Shown here: positions 12,415 to 20,000 of the stretch, in pieces | Numbering within the stretch: the stretch's first letter is position 1 | Layout: every line of letters begins with the position of its first letter | Assembly: GCA_013265495.1 (NCBI GenBank) | Contig: MU058241.1 | Span: 1,665,978-1,685,977, forward strand | DNA: 20,000 nucleotides | Direction of reading: 5' to 3' | Origin: Vicugna vicugna | Lineage: Eukaryota | The notes under the pieces: model-generated | What the model was told of the DNA's origin: nothing | Seen by the model: the letters and a program-made list of their open reading frames with translations, nothing else | The model's database searches: none | Made by a program: the position numbers and the translations under genes

Positions 12415-12730
12415 TGCACTTGGGCAACACTCTCCCAGGGGCTTTTCAAAGAGGACCCGAACCTCCGAATATTCCTTCTCCTCTTGCCTGACCTGTTGCT
12501 TATCCGTCTCTGGTCCTCGCGGCCCATCTCCCCGACCGTGCCTTTTCATCAGAGGTTCCTTCTCCAGTCATCTTGCCTGGATGAAAGGATCCTCACCCCC
12601 AGGCGAGGACAACTTGGAGCTACACCTTTCTCTCTCTCGATCAATCTCCCCACTCATCTACCCCACTTCCAAAGACCTTTCCATAAATGCAAACTCGGCA
12701 CCCTCGCCCTTCCTCTACAGATACCGAGCC
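12415..12730 (+). mobile_element. Possible highly diverged L2 ORF2 fragment
   Basis: Pyrimidine-rich stretch (aacactctccc..ggcttt..ttccttctcctct..ctcatctacccc..ccataaatgc) loosely colinear with recalled L2 consensus. Confidence 0.35.
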
Positions 12731-12995
12731 AGGGAAATGTGACCATTCCATCTGCACTTCTAGGAAACACCCTCTCATTCCCAACTCTCTCTCCAGTGCT
12801 CTCTTGGGTGGCTTTTCTGTTTCTTGGGAGGTAGAGGAAGGAGTGGAGGCTTAAGAGTCAGGGGTCGCAGCTCAGGCCAGCAGTCATGAGGTCTTGGGCA
12901 TAAAGCATGATCTCCTTGAGTGAGTAGTATATCACCGAGATGCTATCTGCGGTATGGAGCATTCCACTGAGAGGCTGGAAATAGGGAGTCTCCAC

Positions 12996-13649
12996 GAAAT
13001 CAGGATCTCAAAGAGAGACATACCCATACTCCACTTCACTACAATCTTAGTCACAATAGTCAAGATGCAGAGACTACCTTAGCATCGAGGGATGGATGAA
13101 TGGATAAAGACAATTCCATGGTATCATGGAATGTTACTCAGCCTCAAAAAGAGGGAAACTCGGCCACGTGCGACAACATGGATACATCTGGAGAACGTTA
13201 TCCTAAGGGAAATAAGCCAACAGCGGAATCGCATAAAATGTATGATCTGACTCATGTGTGGAATCTAAAAAAAGTGTTGAATTCATAGAAGCAGAGGGTA
13301 TAATGGTGGTTGCTATGGGTCAAGGCGGGAGGAGAAATGGGGGGATGTTGGTCCAAGGGTATAAACTTCCAGTTAGAAGATGAGTAAGTTCTAAGAAGTA
13401 ACATACAGCAAGGTAACTATAGTTAATAATACTGTACTATTGACTTGAAATGTGCTTAAACAGTAGACCTTAAGCATTCTAACCATTTAAAAAAAAACCT
13501 GATAACTGTGTGAGGTGACGAATGTGTTAATTAATTTGACTGTGGTAATCATTGCATAATGTATACCTGTATTGAATCACTGTATTTTCATTTTAAATAC
13601 ATACAATTTTACTGGCCAATTATACCTTAATTAAGCTTGAAAAAAAAAA
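12996..13649 (+). mobile_element. 5'-truncated L1 (L1MA9-like): ORF2 end, 3' UTR and poly(A)
   Basis: gatgaatggataaag, acaacatggat...ctggagaacgttatcctaag..gaaataagcca (ORF2 C-terminal remnant), gtggaatctaaaaaa, ggggatgttggtccaagggtataaact, actatagttaataatactgta, ending in ttataccttaattaagcttg-A10. Confidence 0.9.
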
Positions 13650-13957
13650 GAACATTCCCTTCCTCCAGGAATAAAAGATGCAGTGTGAGACAAATATAAC
13701 TTTTTGGGAGTATTCTAATCTACCAATAACCCTGAAACTAAAAGTCATTCACTGACAGTTCAACCAGAGCCATTTCAATTTAACAAATGCTTATGGGATT
13801 AAGAACTGGCAAAGAGACATCATGACAGTCTCGTGGTGGTTTCATGGTTGAATGAGACACAGAACCGCTCTGCAAGGACCCAGCTGGCCCAGGGAGGGAG
13901 TCCGTGAGCCCAGAACCCACTAAAATGAGCAGCAGACTGACAGATGGGGTCCCTGCA

Positions 13958-14140
13958 GATTAGATCTCAATCCTGGCTCCCCTACTTCCTAGCAGAGAAA
14001 CCATGGGGTGTTCATTCAGCCTCTTGGTTGACATTTTCTTCTGTAAAATGGGGATGACTGTGAGGATAACATGGTGTACGTAGCACTATGATTCAGTTAG
14101 GGACTCACAGGGGCCACGACTTGTTAGTTGTAGCTATCAG
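13958..14140 (+). mobile_element. MIR SINE
   Basis: aatcctggctcccctacttcctagc and the core ctgtaaaatggggatga...tgtgaggat. Confidence 0.75.
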
Positions 14141-14201
14141 CACTGTCATTACAGTTCTGTGAAACCAATAATAAGTAGCAGAATAGAGCTTTAAACAAAA
14201 A

Positions 14202-14701
14202 TGCAGGGTGCAACTAAAAGATGGCCTAATGACACCAACCCTGGATTTCACATCTTGCATAACCCCCTCCCCGCAGCTAGACCTTGCAACTCTGTCCCAA
14301 CCAACAGAAGATGGACATAGTGGTGGGACATCACTTCTGTGATTAGGCTGCAAAACACGATAACCTCTATCTTTTTAGCAGATTCTACCTCATGCTGGAT
14401 TTTGATGAACTGAGTTGCCACACTGGAGAGATCCCATGACGAGGAACTGAGGGAGGCCAGCTTGGGACCCTCAGGCCAATAGCCTACAAGGAACTCAACC
14501 CAGTGAGGTTATAAATGGACCCTGCCCGCATTGAACCATCAGATGAGACCACCGCCCTGGCTGGTACCTTCATCAGAGCAGATGCTAAGCTGTGCCTGGG
14601 TTCCCGACCCACAGTGCCTGGGAGATAACAAATGTCTGTTGCATTAAGCTGCTAAGTTTGGGATGGGGTCGTTTGTTACACAGCAGTAGATACCTAATAC
14701 A
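14202..14701 (+). mobile_element. MaLR solo LTR, MLT1F-like
   Basis: TG...CA ends; aagatggcc..aatga, tgggacatcacttctgtgattagg, aggaactgagggaggcc, cagatgagacc..gccctggct, and the typical MLT1 3' end ttaagctgctaagtttggg...tttgttacacagcagtagatacctaataca. Confidence 0.85.
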
Positions 14702-15289
14702 AAGTATAACAGCTGAAGATGAGGAGTTCAGTTGTGTTGATGAGGACCTGAAAAAAGCTTTCCATGGTGGTGACTCACAAGGTCATGATGGACCCATTTT
14801 AAGAAAATGTTTCATTATGAGTAAGTGGTCAGAATTTATGTAAGTAATTTAGAGATATGTGGCTCAGCTCAACAAACATGTAAAAATTGAATTTGTTTTA
14901 CAACTGAAAATTGAAAATGCCAGAAGAGGAAGAAAGTCTGTAGCAGCCCAGACAGAGGTGGCTGAAAGAGATTAAATGGAGCAAAACTCAGGCTCTGTGT
15001 GAGTCTCAAGTAAAGTTCCACCCCAAATCCAGCTCTTCAGACACCTGCTTTGGGCTACTCTGCTTTTACTGCACACAAAAATTGAATCTGATTTTTTGTT
15101 TCCAAATAAATTTTTTCTTCTATATTGAGTTACAGGCTAAGCATACAGAAGGAAAAAACAAAAACATAAACCAGCTATTCGGAGAACCACTCAGCTACTG
15201 TATTTCTCTCCATGGTTTGATTTTTTTTTTTCCTGTGCTTGTGTCAACGGCTGAATGCACAGCACTGCTGTGACTGCGTGCCTTGGTTG

Positions 15290-15309
15290 TTTTTTTTTTT
15301 TTTTTTTTT

Positions 15310-15340
<31 letters not shown>
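15290..15340. repeat. Poly(T) tract T20-G-T30
   Basis: Read directly from the sequence. Confidence 0.95.
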
Positions 15341-15341
<1 letters not shown>

Positions 15342-15384
15342 GTTTGTTTCTGTTCTTTCATGCGAAACTGTCTTTTCTCCTACT

Positions 15385-15727
15385 ATGAGGTGATGAGGTG
15401 GAGAAAAGTCTAAGAAATAGCAGGGGTCAGACAGGGAGGATGCAGTCAGCCTACTAAGGATTTTCCTCTTTATCTAGAAGTGATGGAGGGACTGTGAAGA
15501 TTTTAATCAGGGAGTGAAAGGCAGGTTTGATTTCCTTTCTCAGATGGTCCTTCTGCTACTCTGTGATGGACAGACAGGCAGAGGCTGTGGCGGATGTGAA
15601 GATGATGGCTATGACCCTACAAAGAGGTTGGTGCCCAGACTAGGTGGGGAGAAGTGACAGAGCAGAAGAGAACTGCACTGAGATGCCATCAGTAGAGCTT
15701 GGTAACTGACTAGAGAGGAAGTGTCAG
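15385..15727 (-). mobile_element. L2 LINE fragment
   Basis: Purine-rich gatgaggtggaga..gcaggggtcaga..taagga..ttttaatcagggagtga..tttgattt..ggtgcccagactaggtgg..gcttggtaactgactaga, colinear with the recalled antisense L2 consensus. Confidence 0.7.
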
Positions 15728-15738
15728 AAAGAAAGGGC

Positions 15739-15877
15739 GTATATGTGCATGACTGGGACATGATGCTGTACACCAGAAACTGACACATTGTAACTGACTA
15801 CCCTTCAATAAAAAATAAAATAAAATAAAATAAAATAAAATAAAATAAGATAAAATAAGATAAGATAAAAGATCTAA
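15739..15877 (+). mobile_element. Extremely 5'-truncated lineage-specific L1 3' end with (TAAAA/TAAGA)n tail
   Basis: About 70-nt body (tgcatgactgggacatgatgctgtacaccagaaactgacacattgtaactgactacccttcaataaa) homologous to the L1 3' end at about 17515-17595; patterned A tail; TSD aaagaaagggc (15728-15738) / aaagagagggc (15878-15888), 10/11 identical. Confidence 0.85.
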
Positions 15878-17173
15878 AAAGAGAGGGCAGTGAACAGTAC
15901 TCCACACTTGCTCTCTGGAAAGAGACTGCGGCTGTTAGCCATCAAACAGCACCAGGAAGGCAGAAAACGCATAGGATTTAAGATTTTGAACCCTCTCTGT
16001 GCCAAGATGTCACCGTCTTAAGAATCCATTGTATATACGTGTGCCCTTTGGAAAAAAAAAATCATTTCAACTTTCTGTGCTTTCAGTGAGAGGGCTAGTT
16101 CAGGTGTAGAACTTTTTAACTGAAATCCAACAGGGTAAAATCCCATTAATAATTATTAATATCTATATTAATTTCTGAACTGCCAGATGGTTTTGGTTAG
16201 CTCGCTGGGACAGCGGAGCATTAATTACATCTCCAAATTATGCCTGGGTAGATATCAGGGCTACCGTGAGAAATACCAACCAGCACGAGAGAGAATGTTT
16301 GAAACTTTACGTTTCTTAATAGCCACTTAGAATCCCCCTGCATTTACATTATTACTGTCTGAAGTCACCGGAACTTTTCTCCCCCCACAAACATGGATTA
16401 GAGCAAGGTGTTTATAAAGATGTTTCAAACTATTAAAACAGAGTTAGTTGATAAAAGTGCTTAAAAATTAAATGGAAGTGCTCCAAGATATCAAGAGTAC
16501 GGCACATTAACTTCTGAAAAACAGAATAATTTCCCCCCTGGAAAACATTAAATTATTTTTCTGAACAACCTTAATTTGGCAAAAAAGCAAGCAGAAGAAA
16601 AAAACTTTTTCGAAGAAGTAGCTATTCCTGAAACAGAATTATTATGAAGCAGAGAGACAAAAGAACATTTTCATAACTAGAGATGTAATTACATTAAATT
16701 TGTTCATTAAAGGAAAATTAACACTGCGCTTACATAATGGAAACTTTACCAGGGCAACCAAAATGCTCCTGATCTATTTGCTTGATGGGGAAAAGGGTTA
16801 TTGAAAACAAAGAAAAATCTGTATTATTGCAAAGCATATTTTGTTTAGAAGAAATGCAGTTTTTGTTCAATTCAAGCTATGTATCAATGAAATTTGGTCC
16901 ACAAAGTGTTGTCTAATAGATGTCCTGTTTTAAATTCATGAAGAAAAGTAGTCTGACACTAGGACAGCAAAAACCCCATCTGAATATGTGTCTAAACACT
17001 GTTTCTATTGATTTAAACACCTATTTGGATCGCTTGTGATTCTTCTAAACTAAATGTTCTCATGCATTCAGTGTTTTCACTGCCTGTGCAACCCTGGCTG
17101 GTGGGTCTGGTCTTTGTGGTTTTCAGCCTACTCCAGGACATGTAGTACAATGTATGGAGTATTCATAAGTAAA

Positions 17174-17629
17174 TAATAAAATCATGCCATTTGCAGCAAC
17201 ATGGATGGACCTGGAGATCGTCATTCTAAGCGAAGTAAGCCAGAAAGAGAAAGAAAAATACCATATGAGATCACTTACATGTGCAACCTAAAAAAAAAAA
17301 AAAGATAAATGAACTTATTTACAAAACAGAAACAGACTCACAGCCATAGAGAACAAACGTATGGTTACGGAGGGGGAAGGGATAAATCGGGAGTTTGAGT
17401 TTGCTGATAATAATATACATAGAATAGATAAACAACAAGTTCTGTATAGCACAGGGAACTATATTTAATATCTTGTAGTAACTTAAGGAGAAAGAGATTA
17501 TGAAAATGAACATATGTATGTTCAGGTATGACTGAAGCATTGAGTTGTACACCAGAAACTGACACGACATTGTAAACCGACTAGACTTCAATAATGTATA
17601 TACATACACACACACAAATTTTTAAAAAA
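17174..17629 (+). mobile_element. 5'-truncated cetartiodactyl/camelid-type L1 (ORF2 end plus 3' UTR)
   Basis: atgccatttgcagcaacatggatggacctggagatcgtcattctaagcgaagtaagccag (ORF2 end MPFAATWMDLEIVILSEVSQ), acaaaacagaaacagactcacag, tgtatagcacagggaactatatt; candidate TSD gagtattcataagtaaa (17157-17173) / gagaattcacaaagaaa (17630-17646), 13/17. Confidence 0.92.
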
Positions 17630-18500
17630 GAGAATTCACAAAGAAAGTTATTTTTTAAAAAGTGTGTCTTGCCCAACGTCTATGTGGACATCTGAAATCT
17701 GCAGAAGAGCTGGGGAGACAGTCTATTCTGCACGTTTGAAGGATCTGCTAGCCCCGAGTCACATCCTCCCTGGCTCCCTGGTCCAGCGGATGCAGCCCAA
17801 GACAGGAGGGAGGGCCGTCGGCAAGGAGCCCAGCGCAGCGCCCCCAGTCCCCAGCCAAATAAAAGGGCTCCTCGCGTGCCTAACACCCCACGCTGTTTCT
17901 GCCCCCCACACCTGATGTTTCTTCTCCATGTCTGCCTGGAAACGACTCTGCATGGTTTGCTCATTAGATAGAAGACATACAAGCTCTCAAGGCATCACTG
18001 CACAGCAAAACATTCCAGGAAAACCGTGAAAACCGGAGTCTGAGGAGCATTTGACACTGGATCCTATTTGACCTCCTGAAAAGCGTTCCTCCCCACCTCC
18101 CAGTTGTCAGAGTTCACCTCTGGGTACCTCAAGCTGCACGAGGTGTCCCAGCAAAGGTCCAAGACAGAGAAACAGAAAAGGCTGATGTAATGGCACAGAA
18201 GTGACTGCACCTGTCAGGAGATGAGGTCCCTGCCGGTCCAGTCCAGGAGCCCGGGAACTTCTCAAGCAAAGGTACTAACTGTCCTGCCATCTCTTAAAGA
18301 CCCCACCACGTCAGGCCCCTGAAAGGTCCCTGGAGTTCAGACCAGCAGAAAAATACAAATCCAACCCTGGTGGGGAAAAGGAGGGCAGAAGGCTTCAGAA
18401 TGAGGCAGCAAGAACAACTCAGCCCCTTCAGATGGCATCAAACTGCCAAGCTCCAGGTGTCTGTTTTATACAGGTCCCCACCAATGCAACAGGCTCTGCA

Positions 18501-18625
18501 CTGTACCCATTTTACAGGTGAGCAAAGTGAGGCTGAAAGGTGACATCACCTGCTGGAGGACATGTGGCGAGTGGATGAGTGCAGGAATCACATTTCAGCT
18601 CCGTGGGACCCCAGATCCATTTAGA
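18501..18625 (-). mobile_element. MIR SINE core fragment
   Basis: cccattttacaggtgagcaaagtgaggctga matches the antisense MIR core cccattttacagatgaggaaactgaggctca. Confidence 0.7.
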
Positions 18626-18782
18626 GAGACAGGTCCTGAGAGCTGCCCAGACAAGAGTGTGCCGTAGTGTGACTGCCCGGGACGTAGGCGGGGCCATGTG
18701 TGCATGGAGGGAGGATTCGATTATACTTTGTACATGGCTGCATTACTACTTATTTTATGACCCATGGCGTCAGCTGAAAATT

Positions 18783-19372
18783 ATTTGCAACTGTGATAAA
18801 ATCCACATAACAAAATTAACCATCTTCTTTTTCCTTTTTGTTTTTTTATGTTTCCTTTTTGTTTTCCTTATGTTTTTTAATGGAGATACTGGGGATTGGA
18901 CCCAGGACCTCGTGCATGCTAAGCATGTGTTCTACCACTGAGCTGTTCCCATCCCCCAAAATTTACCATCATAATCATTTTTAAGTGTACAGTTGAGGAC
19001 CATGAAGTACGTTCACCTCGTTAAAAACCATCACCGCCCTCTACCTTCAGAACTCTTCACCCTGCAAAACTGAAACTCTATCACCATTAAATGACATCCC
19101 CCCAACAGTTTCTGATCCCCTTGCCCAGGGCACCCACCAGTCTCCTTTCTGTCTCCCTGAATCTGATGACTGCAGGTGCCTCCTGCCAGTGGACTCGCAC
19201 AGGATTTGTCCTTTGGTGTCTGATGTGTGTCACTGACCACAACGTCCTCATGGTTCATCTGTGCCGTAGCATGTGTCAGAATCTTCCCCCTTTTTAAGGC
19301 CGAATCACATCCTGTTGCGGGATTGGACCACATTTTGTTTACGCACTCCTCTGCTGATGGCAATTGAGTAAT
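18783..19372 (-). mobile_element. Old L1 3' end (L1MB-like), interrupted by a SINE
   Basis: aaaatttaccatc..catttttaagtgtacagtt..aaccatcacc..aaactgaaactct..ctttctgtctc..gtagcatgtgtcagaat..tttttaaggccgaat..accacattttgttta, matching the recalled antisense L1MB 3' UTR/ORF2 end. Confidence 0.88.
18825..18956 (-). mobile_element. tRNA-derived SINE, Vic-1-like, nested in L1MB
   Basis: Reverse complement reads ggggatgggaacagctcagtggtagaacacatgcttagcatgcacgaggtcctgggtccaatccccagtatctccatt plus an A-rich tail; TSD caaaattaaccatc (18811-18824) / caaaatttaccatc (18957-18970), 13/14. Confidence 0.9.
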
Positions 19373-19673
19373 TTTATAAGATAAAATAGACAAGGAGACA
19401 CCAAATCATTAATCATGATTAACGCTAACCCTGGACTTTGACCACTATTACACAGTTTTCTTGTTTTTTGGGCTGTCTGCAGGATTCACATCTGTGAACA
19501 CCTACAGATTTAGAAATAACTACGGAATGCACGTGTCCCTAACACGTGCGATCACTCTGAGCTGCACACAGCTCTGAACAGAAAATACTTCACTTATGTA
19601 CATTATGAACAACTCGAATGCTTTTATTCATTTTATCCGTGAGTCATTATTCATAGTAACGACTCACTGAATT

Positions 19674-20000
19674 CTTTTTTTAGATTCTTTTTATTGATTT
19701 ATAATCATTTTACAATGTTGTGTCAAATTCCAGTGTAGAGCACAATTTTTCAGTTATACATGAACATATATATATTCATGGCCAAATTTTTTCTCTGTGA
19801 GCTACCATAAGATCTTGTATATATTTCCCTGTGCTATACAGTATAATCTTGTTTATCTATTCTACAATTTTGAAATCCCGTCTATCCCTTCCCACCCTCT
19901 GCCCCCTTGGCAACCACAAGTTTGCATTCTATGTCTATGAGTCTGTATCTGTTTGGTATTTATGTTCTTTTTTTTTAGATTCCACATATGAGTGATCTCA
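19674..20000 (-). mobile_element. Lineage-specific L1 3' UTR, runs off the window end
   Basis: T-rich tail, ttacaatgttgtgtcaaattccagtgta, ttccctgtgctatacag, cccttggcaaccacaagtttg, ttttagattccacatatgagtgatctca; homologous in reverse to the L1 at 17174-17629. Confidence 0.92.

Overview
Mammalian genomic DNA, probably camelid (alpaca/llama/camel) judging by two Vic-1-like tRNA-derived SINEs and cetartiodactyl-type L1 3' UTRs. The minus strand carries four consecutive coding exons of steroid sulfatase (STS, arylsulfatase C): 9924-9784, 6876-6755, 6665-6543 and 6079-5656. All have canonical AG/GT boundaries and splice into one open frame of 806 coding nt. That frame encodes the signal peptide, the ADD metal ligands, the CTPSR formylglycine motif, GKWHLG and the two-helix membrane anchor. 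The promoter/first exon(s) were not identified (probably beyond 20000), and the later exons are not seen before position 1. The rest is intron with ordinary repeats (L1, L2, MIR, MER20, MLT1, SINEs, microsatellites). I found no evidence of a novel biological system. Points worth following up: extreme, exon-to-exon variable GC3; substitutions in substrate-pocket and membrane-interface residues relative to human STS as I recall it; a MER20 about 2 kb upstream of the ATG exon; inverted repeat pairs in the pre-mRNA; and an AT-rich block with palindromic homeodomain-like motifs. Repeat family names are from memory of consensus sequences, not from a search.
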